Assembly: GCA_051747845.1 (NCBI GenBank)
Contig: JBNJGQ010000001.1
Span: 5,970-69,969 of the forward strand
Origin: Pseudomonadota bacterium
GTDB taxonomy: Bacteria > Pseudomonadota > Gammaproteobacteria > Enterobacterales > Alteromonadaceae
DNA length: 64,000 nucleotides
Reading direction: 5' to 3'
Part shown: positions 52,456-62,239 of the stretch, in pieces
Position numbering within the stretch: position 1 is the stretch's first letter
Layout of the letters: each line of letters opens with the position of its first letter
Translations under genes and position numbers: made by a program
Notes under the pieces: generated by a model
The model's database searches: none
What the model was told of the DNA's origin: nothing
The model's input: the letters and a program-made list of their open reading frames with translations, nothing else

Positions 52456-53652
52456 TTGGGTTTTATTGCAGCGTTACCGGCAATTATCTGGGCTTTGGTT
52501 GCCTGGCTTTATCCTGAATGGTTGATGCAAATTCAGTTGCCGGTGCCTGGAGCCGTTTCTGCTGGCCTGGGCATTGCCTTTTTACTGGCCGCTTTTTTCC
52601 GACAATGGCACTGGTTTTATTGGTGCGCCTGGGTTGGCGGAAGTTATGCAACCATTCAGCTGGGGTTGCAGCAACCACTGGCGCAAAAAGAAGTGTCACA
52701 ACTGTATCAGGCGTTTCCTGTCTGGCTATCGGTAAGCGCACTATGCTTAGCTTTTATAAAAACGCCAACGCTACTGACGCTAAAAGGTGCTCTCCTGTTT
52801 ATTGTAATGGGAGTTTTACCCTTAGCTTTGCTTTTAGAACCTGTGGCTAACGCGGTTGCAATGCTGAGTCCGGTAGAACTGCTGACTTTGCCTGACTGGG
52901 AAGACAGTGGACTTGCTGTCGGTTTGCTTCTTTGGGTTGTTGCTATGGGAGGAATTTGGGCAACTTTCCTGTTGTATAAAGGCTCATCGTCTTTTGCCTG
53001 GAGTCAGTGGGCTTCATGGCTTGCACTTATGGTTTTTCTGCTTGTTGTCGACCATCGGGATGCCTCAACCTGGGCTTCGGTTGCAGCGGTAGCCGGACTG
53101 TTGCTGGCGCTGGCAGATCAGATGTTGAAGCTGGCTTACATTGATGAATTAACTGGGTTGCCTCAACGAAGAGCGCTAATCAGTCAGTTGCAGCATTTAC
53201 GCCGACGCAGCGCGGTGTGCATGCTCGACGTTGATTACTTTAAGAAGTTTAATGACCGTTACGGGCATGAGGTTGGTGATCAGGTATTAAGATTGCTTGG
53301 CAGTATTTTGAAAGATCATCGGGGTTTTAAAGCGTATCGCTATGGTGGCGAAGAGTTCACCCTGGTTTTTTCTCACAGCGACCCGGATAAATTGAAAAGT
53401 GCATTAGAAAGCGTGCGCGGCAAAGTGGCGAGTTATCCGCTTAAATTAAGGGAACCCTCGCGGCCGGACAGTAAACGCAAAGGTAAGGACGCTCGCGGGA
53501 AAAAAGACGCAGCAAAAACCGTAAAAATAACGATCAGTTTAGGAGCTACTTTAAAAGAACCCGGAGATACACCGGATAGTATTTTAAAACGCGCCGATGA
53601 GAACCTGTATTCTGCCAAAAAGGCGGGGCGTAATAGGGTTGTTCTAAAATAG
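52456..53652 (+). CDS. Membrane-bound diguanylate cyclase
   Basis: Multi-TM N-terminus, AYIDELTGLP.RR, DVDYFKKFND, RYGGEEF; TTG start. Confidence 0.9.
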   Translation: MGFIAALPAIIWALVAWLYPEWLMQIQLPVPGAVSAGLGIAFLLAAFFRQWHWFYWCAWVGGSYATIQLGLQQPLAQKEVSQLYQAFPVWLSVSALCLAFIKTPTLLTLKGALLFIVMGVLPLALLLEPVANAVAMLSPVELLTLPDWEDSGLAVGLLLWVVAMGGIWATFLLYKGSSSFAWSQWASWLALMVFLLVVDHRDASTWASVAAVAGLLLALADQMLKLAYIDELTGLPQRRALISQLQHLRRRSAVCMLDVDYFKKFNDRYGHEVGDQVLRLLGSILKDHRGFKAYRYGGEEFTLVFSHSDPDKLKSALESVRGKVASYPLKLREPSRPDSKRKGKDARGKKDAAKTVKITISLGATLKEPGDTPDSILKRADENLYSAKKAGRNRVVLK

Positions 53653-53733
53653 TGGCGATCTAAACTCACAGGTATACGTTATTAGTAGGTACAAATCGTA
53701 AATCATGCGCTGCAGACAATAACGGGTAAGCCG

Positions 53734-55086
53734 ATGAGCTACATAAAAGAAACCATTGAAAAGCTGAAGCAGACTAGTCCCGCTCAAGTTGAGTTCTACC
53801 AGGCGGTAGAGGATGTGCTGGAGTCTATAGAGCCGCTTCTGGAAGAACGGCCTAAATATCGTGAGCATTCTATTATTGAACGTTTGGTTGAGCCAGAGCG
53901 CCAGATCATGTTTCGGGTTCCCTGGATGGATGACGACGGCAATATTCAGGTGAATAAAGGCTATCGAATTGAGTTCAACTCGGCTCTAGGCCCTTACAAG
54001 GGTGGTTTGCGCTTTCACCCAAGCGTAAATGCCGGAATTATTAAGTTTCTGGGGTTTGAGCAAATATTTAAGAACGCACTAACCGGGTTACCCATTGGTG
54101 GCGGTAAAGGCGGTGCCAATTTTAACCCGAAAGGAAAGTCTGACGCTGAGATTATGCGGTTCTGCCAGTCTTTCATGAGCGAGCTTTATCGTCATATCGG
54201 GCCTAATACCGATGTGCCCGCCGGGGATATTGGCGTGGGTTCACGCGAAACTGGTTATTTATTTGGTCAGTATAAGCGTCTGGCAAACCGCTTTGACGGT
54301 GTGCTTACAGGCAAAAGCCTGCTGTGGGGCGGGTCACATGCCCGTAAAGAAGCCACCGGGTACGGTGCTGTTTATTTTGCGCAGTGTATGATGGATGACA
54401 AGGGTGACTCGCTGGAAGGCAAACGTTGTTTAATCTCGGGCTCTGGTAACGTTGCTATATACGCTATGGAAAAGCTATATGACTTAGGAGCCAAACCCAT
54501 AAGTTGCAGTGACTCCAGCGGCACCATTTACCACGAACAAGGTATTGACCTTGACCTGGTTAAGCGCATTAAAGAAGAGCAAAAGGGACGGCTGGAAGAG
54601 TACCTTGAGACTCATAATAACGCAGAATATACGCCCCGGGACGATTACCCCAAAGACGGTCATACGGTTTGGCGTTACCAAGCCGACTTAGCTTTTCCTT
54701 GTGCAACTCAGAACGAGCTGACCGAAAAAGATGCGCAGTCACTTTTGGAAAATGGTTGTAAATGCATTGTGGAAGGCGCAAATATGCCTTCAACGCAGGC
54801 CGCGGTTGATCTCTTCATTGAAAGTGGCGCTGCATATGGCCCCGGCAAAGCCGCTAATGCCGGCGGTGTTGCGACCAGTCAGTTAGAAATGGTGCAAAAT
54901 GCCAGCATGCTGCGCTGGGACTTTGAGGAAGTGGATGAGAAGCTTAAAGACATCATGCGGAATATTTATCAGGATGCCAAACGCACTGCTGAAGATTTCG
55001 GGCATCCGTCTAACTTAGTTCTTGGTGCAAACATTGCGGGTTTCCGTAAAGTTGCCGACGCCATGATAGAGCAAGGTGTGGTCTGA
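53734..55086 (+). CDS. gdhA: NADP-specific glutamate dehydrogenase
   Basis: GPYKGGLRFHP, GGGKGG, DVPAGDIG, EATGYG, EGANMP, GKAANAGGV. Confidence 0.96.
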   Translation: MSYIKETIEKLKQTSPAQVEFYQAVEDVLESIEPLLEERPKYREHSIIERLVEPERQIMFRVPWMDDDGNIQVNKGYRIEFNSALGPYKGGLRFHPSVNAGIIKFLGFEQIFKNALTGLPIGGGKGGANFNPKGKSDAEIMRFCQSFMSELYRHIGPNTDVPAGDIGVGSRETGYLFGQYKRLANRFDGVLTGKSLLWGGSHARKEATGYGAVYFAQCMMDDKGDSLEGKRCLISGSGNVAIYAMEKLYDLGAKPISCSDSSGTIYHEQGIDLDLVKRIKEEQKGRLEEYLETHNNAEYTPRDDYPKDGHTVWRYQADLAFPCATQNELTEKDAQSLLENGCKCIVEGANMPSTQAAVDLFIESGAAYGPGKAANAGGVATSQLEMVQNASMLRWDFEEVDEKLKDIMRNIYQDAKRTAEDFGHPSNLVLGANIAGFRKVADAMIEQGVV

Positions 55087-55088
55087 AC

Positions 55089-56705
55089 TTAGTTGCTTCC
55101 TGCACTTTGGGTCAGTCGTTTAATGGCTTCATCATTTACCGGTATCGATTGTGCGTTTAGCATAACGACAGCCCTTGAGCCATCAAGATAAAAGCCAACA
55201 AAACTACTGAATCCGGCTGTTTGCCCGTTGTGCCAGGCGTAGGCTTTACCATCTTCGTCTTCGCTAATAAGCCAGGCTAAAGCCTGCTGGCAGCAGCCCT
55301 CAATGTTTTTTTGTGGGGCAAGTAATTGCTCGACAGTGGTATCGCCTTCTGCACTTTTTCGCATGAGTGCTCTGGTGTAGTTGGCCATATCACTCAGTGT
55401 AGAAACAACAGCTCCGGCGCCGGCCAGAGACTGAAAATGCCAGTGAGGGACTACGTCGCCCAAGACATTATGCCCTTGTGACAAGGAGTCTGGAGTATTT
55501 TCTTTGCTGGTTGCCACGTATGTATCCGGCATGCTGAAAGTTTCAAACACAACCTCATTTAACAACTCAGGAAAAGGTTTTTCCGCACGCTTAGCGAGTG
55601 ACTCCGCAAGTAAGCCATACCCGAAGTTGGAATATTCGTAATTGTTGGCGCCGGGCTCTATCTCAGCCAAAGCGCTTTCCAATTCTGACTGACCATAATG
55701 AGCGTAGGGGTCTGTCTGGTCGGCCTTACTTAATAAGTTTTCCGGAAGGCGGGGTAACCCGCTGTGGTGTGTAGCAAGCTGCTCCAAAGTGATTGCGCCC
55801 GGAGCCTTCGGCCAAAACTCTTTGACTGGGGTATCAAAGGTTGTGGACTCACTAACTACCGCATGGGCCAGTAAATAGGCCACCATGGTTTTTGTGACCG
55901 AGCCAATTTCGTATTGTGTATTTTGATCATGCTTGCCATAAAACTGGGTTTTAATTTCACCTTGTTCAATGATGGCCACCGCCGCACCGTGATCGCCCAA
56001 CTCGGGCGCCGGGGTGCTGGCCTGTTTCTCATCCGAACCGGCTTTTTTGAAGGTGAGAGGAAATTCCTGCCTCTGGTTGAAAGTTCCTTCGTAGCCTTCT
56101 GTTGTCTTTTTTCCGTTAAAGCTCGCCTGAATCATCGGTGATTTAAAGCTGAGTGTGTGGTTATCAATATGAACGTCGGTCAGAGGTATACCAAAGCTTT
56201 GCTGCGCAGGGCTGTCTAAGGTCGCAATATACCCGTCGTGCACAACGGCAATATTCACTTGCAATGGTAAACTGGAGCCTTCACTGACGGGCAAGTCGCC
56301 TTTGTAGGTTGCTTCGTAGGTAAGGCGGGCTTTGTCATCCTGAGTCAGCTTATGCATGGTAATACTGCGTTTTTTACCTTGTGTGAAAGTGCCCTCTAAT
56401 TGACCATCATTGAGCTCACCCCGATAACTGGCATTTAAGCTTTTATCGGTAAAGGTTACCTTATTACCCTTAACTGAAAACTGCGTGGGTTGGTGGGCAA
56501 ACATGCCCTGATTCGGGCTGTCGAGAGTTAACTGGCCGTTGTCGACATTAATACCAAGAGTAATACTAACGCCCTCTTGCAGCACAAGTTCTCCACGCCA
56601 TACGCCTTCCAGTTCCTCCTGGTACTCTTTAGCTTGTAAAGAATGGTGGCAGAAAGCTGCCACCATAATAGTTGAGTAAATAAACCACTTAATAAAGGTC
56701 TTCAT
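55089..56705 (-). CDS. Exported serine hydrolase (class C beta-lactamase/AmpC-like fold) with duplicated N-terminal domains
   Basis: GSVTK (SxxK), LATHHSGLP, YEYSN (YxN), WHNGQTAG. Confidence 0.85.
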   Translation of the reverse strand: MKTFIKWFIYSTIMVAAFCHHSLQAKEYQEELEGVWRGELVLQEGVSITLGINVDNGQLTLDSPNQGMFAHQPTQFSVKGNKVTFTDKSLNASYRGELNDGQLEGTFTQGKKRSITMHKLTQDDKARLTYEATYKGDLPVSEGSSLPLQVNIAVVHDGYIATLDSPAQQSFGIPLTDVHIDNHTLSFKSPMIQASFNGKKTTEGYEGTFNQRQEFPLTFKKAGSDEKQASTPAPELGDHGAAVAIIEQGEIKTQFYGKHDQNTQYEIGSVTKTMVAYLLAHAVVSESTTFDTPVKEFWPKAPGAITLEQLATHHSGLPRLPENLLSKADQTDPYAHYGQSELESALAEIEPGANNYEYSNFGYGLLAESLAKRAEKPFPELLNEVVFETFSMPDTYVATSKENTPDSLSQGHNVLGDVVPHWHFQSLAGAGAVVSTLSDMANYTRALMRKSAEGDTTVEQLLAPQKNIEGCCQQALAWLISEDEDGKAYAWHNGQTAGFSSFVGFYLDGSRAVVMLNAQSIPVNDEAIKRLTQSAGSN

Positions 56706-56725
56706 GTTATTGCCTCATTGGTTAA

Positions 56726-59599
56726 TTACTGCTTTTTCATCTCCTGCTGGAATTCCGCCAGGTCAGAAATTACCGTTTGATTCGGCAAGTCTGCGTACGG
56801 CTCATCAGCAAACTTAGTGCCGCGTAGTTGTACCGAAATACGGGCTGCATTCGGGTTTAACAGAGTTTCCTGATAGAAGGCTTTTGCGTTTTCCAATGTG
56901 ACACCCTCAACAGCCTTAATTAGCTGCTCTTTGCTATCAAACTCAAAGCGCTGCAGTCTCAAATCGGCCAGAAGCGGAGACACCTCCTCGTTAAGGTTCT
57001 TTGGTGTTTCGTTCAAGGTAATAAGAGTGCTTTGCTTAAGTTGATTGAACTCCTCTTCAGTCATGCCCTGCAGGTCTTCCCAGTATTCTTTCTTGAAGCT
57101 GTCAAAGCGTTCCTGCATATCGGCAACATTCTTCACCGGAGTTTGAATGTATAACCCAAAGCCAGCGTACTGGTCTAAGCTTGGTGCAAAGGCACCAACT
57201 GCGTAGGCTAACTGTTCTTCTGTACGCAACGTATCGAAAGCTACGGTACGGAAGTGACTTTGTAATACCGTACCGGCGGCTAACGACTCAAAGCCGGGCT
57301 GTGGATGAATGTGTGCATCAACCACTGCGACATCAGCAACCTCTAAGTCACGGCGTAATACAATAGATTGCTCCGGTTGAGGTTCCCAGAACTGAGCCTG
57401 CTCAAAGTCTGTTACTTCCCGACTCTTCGGTAAGCTGTCCTTAATGCGTTTAACCGACTCATTAAGCCCCATTTTATTGTAGTTACCAAAAGCGAAAATG
57501 CGAATAGCATTATTACTCAGCATAGTATTCATGTAGTTCGATAAGTCTTCTGCACTTACAGATCCTGCTGTTTCAATTAATTCGTCCTGATTAAACCCAC
57601 CTTCGCGGATCAACTGCCCGTATGCATCGAAGCTTTGGTAAATAGGGAATTGCTGACCTTTGTTGTTAAGTTCTCTTATATAACGGTCAACTGCTTGCTT
57701 AAAGGCTTGCTGTTCAACTGTAAAGCTTAAGTTATCAATAGCTCGCTCAAGTAGCTGAGGCTGTTTATCGGTAAAACCCGATACTGTCAGGGTGAGTCCG
57801 GTGCTGTCGCTAAGGTTTAGGTTCATTCCGGCAATATTTGCTTCGGTATCAAGAGCGCTAATATTCATATTGTATAAGTCGCGCCATAAAGCGGTTAAAA
57901 CATTCGCTTCTGCACTTTCAAGCGGTGCAGAATTATTGATTTGAATGTTGAACACGCCACGTGGCTGGTCGTTGTATAACTGACTTGGGTATTGCCACAC
58001 CTGAATGCCGTCTTCTTCAATAACCACTTGGGGTTTGTCAAAAGCGTCATTTTGTTTAACTGCAAAGTTTTCAGGTAAAAGCGTATTCACCTTAGGCAGG
58101 TTAATCGCCATTTTGGGTGCTTGGTCCCAGCTTGCGATTTCCTCTTGCGGTATATCGACAACTTTGTATTTACCTTCGTAAAAGTCGAGCTGACTGTCGT
58201 GCGGTTCATCCTGGCTGATGTACCAAACACGCAAATGCTCCGGAGTGAGCTGAGACAGAACTGAGCGTATGGCTTCCGGATCAAACTCCTGATACTCGTA
58301 TGGTGCACTGATAGCGTACTCAGCCGGGAAGTTTTGCATGGCTTCAGCTAAGTTAGAAACGTAACTGAATTCGTCACCTTTTTCTAAGAAACGGAAGCGA
58401 TTGCTCAGGCTGGTTTTAATTTCGTTAAAGTATTTTTCATCAACGCCTTCAGCCCGAACTTTATCAATGTACTGCATTATGAGAGCAACAATGTCTTCAC
58501 GCTGTTGCATACCGGCATTGGTTAGCTCAACGTCAAGTGTCAGAACGCCGTAGTTGCCATAGAAAGTAGGCTGCGCCGATGCGTTTAAATTGGCGATAAG
58601 GCCTGCATCTTTCAGTTGTTGTGCTGGCGTGCCCGGCATCTCAGAGCCAAGCAAATAGCTGACATAACGGTTTGGTTTAACCGCAAACTGGTCCTGGTTG
58701 TCGTTAATAATGAATTCAAGTTTCAGCTGTTTAACATCTTCATTCGGCACATAGTGAATGCGCTTTTTACCGACATCGTCGAAATTGATTTGGGCAGTAA
58801 CCTCAGGCTCTTCAATACCATCATCTTCAATGCTGGCAAAATGCTTACGGGCCAGCTCTTCCATTTCCTGTAACGAACGGTTGCTTATCATGGCAACTTT
58901 CATGATATTGGAAGAATAAAAGCGGTTATAAAAGTCCACAGTTTCCTGATGAAGCTCGCTGCCTTCTTTGTCGCTTAAGCTATCCAGATTACCAATAAGG
59001 AAACGGTTAGACGGGTGTTCGCCCAGAAGCAGGCGGCCAAGCTTGAACTGCCCAAAAAAGTCCATCTCGCGGCGCATAGACCACTCGGCATTAACCGCAT
59101 TACGTTCTTTGTCGACATACTCAGGGTACAACTTAGGAGCTTTGAAAAAGTCCGAGAAACGATCCAGGCCCTCATTGTAGGCATCGTTATTGACTTTAAA
59201 CATGTAGTTGGTGATATCCAGCCAAGTATAAGCATTCTGACTACCACCGTTGTTGCTCATAAATTCGCTGTAGCCATTAGTGTCCGGGTATTTCTCGGTA
59301 CCCAGGAACAGCATATGCTCCAGATAGTGCGCCATGCCCTGTTGTGTTTCAGGGTCTTGCAGTAAACCCACACCGACACTTAACGATGCTGCTGACTTAT
59401 CCGTATTAGGATCAGACACCAACATGATTTCAATATTGTTATCCAGAGTTAATACGCGATACTCACGCTGATCGTTGGGGCTTTTAATGACTTCTCCGGC
59501 AATAGCACTTTGCTGTGTGCTGGTTTCGGTCGCTGGTTGACTGCAGCCTGCGGCTAATAAGGCGGAGCTAATAGCGCTCGCGAGTAGTAACTTTTTCAT
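56726..59599 (-). CDS. M16A insulinase/pitrilysin-like zinc protease, lipoprotein
   Basis: LAAGC lipobox, KSPNDQREYR, AHYLEHMLFLG (HxxEH), NAYT, LRTEEQLAY. Confidence 0.92.
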   Translation of the reverse strand: MKKLLLASAISSALLAAGCSQPATETSTQQSAIAGEVIKSPNDQREYRVLTLDNNIEIMLVSDPNTDKSAASLSVGVGLLQDPETQQGMAHYLEHMLFLGTEKYPDTNGYSEFMSNNGGSQNAYTWLDITNYMFKVNNDAYNEGLDRFSDFFKAPKLYPEYVDKERNAVNAEWSMRREMDFFGQFKLGRLLLGEHPSNRFLIGNLDSLSDKEGSELHQETVDFYNRFYSSNIMKVAMISNRSLQEMEELARKHFASIEDDGIEEPEVTAQINFDDVGKKRIHYVPNEDVKQLKLEFIINDNQDQFAVKPNRYVSYLLGSEMPGTPAQQLKDAGLIANLNASAQPTFYGNYGVLTLDVELTNAGMQQREDIVALIMQYIDKVRAEGVDEKYFNEIKTSLSNRFRFLEKGDEFSYVSNLAEAMQNFPAEYAISAPYEYQEFDPEAIRSVLSQLTPEHLRVWYISQDEPHDSQLDFYEGKYKVVDIPQEEIASWDQAPKMAINLPKVNTLLPENFAVKQNDAFDKPQVVIEEDGIQVWQYPSQLYNDQPRGVFNIQINNSAPLESAEANVLTALWRDLYNMNISALDTEANIAGMNLNLSDSTGLTLTVSGFTDKQPQLLERAIDNLSFTVEQQAFKQAVDRYIRELNNKGQQFPIYQSFDAYGQLIREGGFNQDELIETAGSVSAEDLSNYMNTMLSNNAIRIFAFGNYNKMGLNESVKRIKDSLPKSREVTDFEQAQFWEPQPEQSIVLRRDLEVADVAVVDAHIHPQPGFESLAAGTVLQSHFRTVAFDTLRTEEQLAYAVGAFAPSLDQYAGFGLYIQTPVKNVADMQERFDSFKKEYWEDLQGMTEEEFNQLKQSTLITLNETPKNLNEEVSPLLADLRLQRFEFDSKEQLIKAVEGVTLENAKAFYQETLLNPNAARISVQLRGTKFADEPYADLPNQTVISDLAEFQQEMKKQ

Positions 59600-59669
59600 A
59601 CAATATTGTTCCTTTAACGAGTTATAGGAACATCATACCTAGGAGTAACGGTGTTATTGAAGCGGTTCT

Positions 59670-59684
59670 GTTAACTATTTGTTG
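59670..59684. promoter_or_regulatory. Possible ArcA box upstream of the M16 protease
   Basis: GTTAACTATTTGTTG, 11/15 match to GTTAATTAAATGTTA. Confidence 0.35.
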
Positions 59685-59749
59685 ACTAATTTGTAACAGA
59701 TTGTGAGAGTAAAATTGTCAGTTTAGAATTTTCTGTCGAAATTCTAATC

Positions 59750-59953
59750 ACGTATAAGTTTGATGACCCGAACCTGTCGGGCACTATGATAACTACGGTT
59801 GAACTTAACAGTGTGTCATGCGGAACTGAGTTAAACGTTGTTCAGGAGGGCATTCCGAGCGTAATTCCCAGCGAAGCTTGTTATCTCGGCTGGCAGGAGA
59901 CATTAAGCCAATTAACACAACTTGTGGCGCCTGATACCCCGGATGATATGTAG
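59750..59953 (+). pseudogene. 3' remnant of an SRPBCC/AHSA1-family gene
   Basis: Frame reads YKFDDPNLSGTMITTVELNSVSCGTELNVVQEGIPSVIPSEACYLGWQETLSQL..PDDM*; upstream in-frame TAA at 59687 and no start codon, so the N-terminal half is missing. Confidence 0.8.
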
Positions 59954-59958
59954 AAATT

Positions 59959-59981
59959 GAGCGGCTTAGCCGCTCTTTTTT
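59959..59981 (+). terminator. Intrinsic terminator after the SRPBCC remnant
   Basis: GAGCGGC-TTA-GCCGCTC-TTTTTT. Confidence 0.75.
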
Positions 59982-60024
59982 CCATATAATCGGCAGAGAT
60001 TTGATACTGTAGTAAATAATGCAT
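59968..60024 (-). pseudogene. 5' remnant of a YciI-like gene
   Basis: AGGAAG SD then [19 protein letters not shown], resembling YciI-like N-termini; similarity stops before the R..H motif. Confidence 0.55.
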
Positions 60025-60055
60025 CTTTACTTCCTGCTCAATGAAGGTTTTGAAC

Positions 60056-60394
60056 ATGTCTCTTTTGCTAATAGCCAAAACGCTTGGGCTCTTTTTCATT
60101 ACCGCAATTGCCGAGATTATAGGCTGTTACTTACCTTACCTGTGGTTGAAGAAAGATGGAAGCATGTGGCTATTGATACCTGCGGCTATCAGTTTGGCAT
60201 TATTTGCCTGGCTGCTCACCTTACATCCAGCGGAAAGCGGTAGAGTTTACGCTGCTTATGGTGGTGTGTACGTGGTAACAGCATTACTTTGGCTGAAAGC
60301 GGTGGAAGGTGCATCCTTGTCTACTTACGATGCGATAGGTGCGGCCTTTACTTTAACCGGAATGGCCATAATAGCGGCGGGCTGGAGTCATTAG
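60056..60394 (+). CDS. ynfA: YnfA (UPF0060) small membrane protein
   Basis: [31 protein letters not shown]. Confidence 0.92.
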   Translation: MSLLLIAKTLGLFFITAIAEIIGCYLPYLWLKKDGSMWLLIPAAISLALFAWLLTLHPAESGRVYAAYGGVYVVTALLWLKAVEGASLSTYDAIGAAFTLTGMAIIAAGWSH

Positions 60395-60414
60395 TTATAC
60401 CCGTCGACTTATTT

Positions 60415-61335
60415 TTAAGGTGTTGGCAGAGGAATAAATTCATCTTCATCGCCAACGACTTTATCGAAGCGTTGATTCTGCCAGTCTTTTCTTGCCTGCT
60501 CTATACGCTGTTTGTCAGATGACACAAAATTCCAGTTAATAAACCTGTTGCCCAATGAGTTACCGCCAATAATGACAATGTGCGAGGGTTCTTGCGCTTC
60601 AACAACTGGCTGTTCCTCAGGTTTAAATACAACTAATGTTCTTGCTGTTAGTTGTTCACCTTCTGAATTGAGGCAGCCGGAGACGATATAAACAGCTAAT
60701 TCTTCCGCTGTTGGTAACGTCAGTTTTTGACCGGAGTCGAAACGTGCTTCGGCATACAAAGTTTCAGATAGGGTGGGTACTGGCGATTTGACTCCGTAAG
60801 CTTCACCAATCATGACCCGAAGCGAAACTCCGTCCGCGTTAACCGACGAGATATCGGCCGACGGAACATGATAAAAGGCAGGCTTCGTTTGTTCGTGGTG
60901 CTCAGGTAAAGCTAGCCAGAGTTGCAGGCCATGAATGCTATGGTCTCGGGCGGTAACTTCCGGGCGTTCTCTTTCCGAGTGCGTTACTCCTTTGCCTGCG
61001 ACCATCAGGTTGATGTCGCCGGGCTTAATCACCTGATAGCTGCCAATTGAGTCACGGTGCAGCATTTCGCCGTCGAATAAGTAGGTGACGGTGGATAGCC
61101 CTATGTGTGGGTGTGGTGCGACATTAATGCCTTCCCCTGCCGAAAACTGAGCCGGACCCATTTCATCAAAGAAAATCCACGGGCCGACCATGCGCTTTTG
61201 TCGGGTTGGTAGTGCGCGGCGAACATAAAAACCGCCTAAGTCGCTGTCCCGAGGCTCAACAATGACGTCTATTGTTGATGAGGGTTGTTGGTGCGAATCA
61301 CAACTTTGTTCGGCATTGTTAAGAGTATTGCTCAT
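60415..61335 (-). CDS. Pirin-family protein
   Basis: VRRALP, VGPWIFFD, PHPHIGLSTVTYLF, HRDS, HSE, LQLWLALP, WNFVSS. Confidence 0.93.
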   Translation of the reverse strand: MSNTLNNAEQSCDSHQQPSSTIDVIVEPRDSDLGGFYVRRALPTRQKRMVGPWIFFDEMGPAQFSAGEGINVAPHPHIGLSTVTYLFDGEMLHRDSIGSYQVIKPGDINLMVAGKGVTHSERERPEVTARDHSIHGLQLWLALPEHHEQTKPAFYHVPSADISSVNADGVSLRVMIGEAYGVKSPVPTLSETLYAEARFDSGQKLTLPTAEELAVYIVSGCLNSEGEQLTARTLVVFKPEEQPVVEAQEPSHIVIIGGNSLGNRFINWNFVSSDKQRIEQARKDWQNQRFDKVVGDEDEFIPLPTP

Positions 61336-61758
61336 GGAACACCTCGGTGAATTTTTGCATTTAATACTAGCAGCTAATTCAGTAATGACTGAGTGATTAA
61401 GCCTGGCTCCTCACGAACCAGTGTCTCAAAATAGTGAATTGAATCAGCAACAAGCAGAGCTTCACTGCAATTAAGTATTTTGTCATATTAGCACGGCTTT
61501 TATTCAGCTTATTTGCCAGCTCGGCGTGCATTTGTGAGTCACTCAGTAAGTAAAAATAGAGATATGACGGTTCAACAGTTTGAATGTCTACTCCATGTAA
61601 TCTAGTCGCAGCCGAGTTTATAATCATAATGTATTTCTGAAATTTTGGAGTGTCGAGTGTTATTGATATCCTGAGGCCCCAAACTAGACCTGAACTGCTC
61701 GGGGCTAATGATTCTAATTAATCTATGGTCATGAGATGTCTATCAAATTAGTGGCGAC

Positions 61759-62064
61759 TCAATTCTTTTTCCTCAAAATATTTAGAACTACGTAGTCAAG
61801 AGGAATTGTAATTGCCAGGAAAAGGATTGGCACGGCGATTTCGAATATACTATCCAATGCTCCTGTAGAACTGGGAGTTCCTGGAATGAGCGAATCGAGA
61901 TATTGAATAGTGAATATGAGAGCAAGTAGGATAATAGCACAAGACGCTCCACCCCATGGATATGACCAGCCGAGTAACCGATTAATAGCGATTGTTATTC
62001 CTACAAGAAGGATAGGTGCGACTACACGTAAAATGGGGAGTAAAAGTTCAATAATTTCGTTCAT
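61759..62064 (-). CDS. Hypothetical small three-TM membrane protein (AT-rich context)
   Basis: 101-aa ORF with three hydrophobic segments and AGGA SD; no family recognised. Confidence 0.5.
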   Translation of the reverse strand: MNEIIELLLPILRVVAPILLVGITIAINRLLGWSYPWGGASCAIILLALIFTIQYLDSLIPGTPSSTGALDSIFEIAVPILFLAITIPLDYVVLNILRKKN

Positions 62065-62203
62065 ATTGAATATTCCTAGTGTTCGTACGAGGGTTCTTTA
62101 AACTCTTCTGTATACCGTCTATCTTTTCTCATAAACACCTCTAGTTTTAGTTACATTAAAGCGGTTTTTTGGATGGTGAGGTGAGGCAGTCTTTGGGGGA
62201 AGA

Positions 62204-62228
62204 AAGCCCTCCGGTTCTCAGAGGGCTT
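62204..62228 (-). terminator. Intrinsic terminator after gor
   Basis: AAGCCCTC-N9-GAGGGCTT hairpin followed on minus by TCTT. Confidence 0.6.
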
Positions 62229-62239
62229 AGAATCTCAGG

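Noticed and set aside
55089-56705. Antibiotic resistance beta-lactamase call
   Set aside because: SxxK/YxN/HxG motifs are shared by many non-resistance serine hydrolases; no mobile context.
59881-60099. 72-aa minus-strand ORF as an intact gene
   Set aside because: Chimeric read-through: only the internal 19 aa look YciI-like; the rest is antisense to ynfA and the SRPBCC remnant.
61397-61627. 76-aa minus-strand ORF
   Set aside because: No SD or recognisable motif; likely spurious or decayed.
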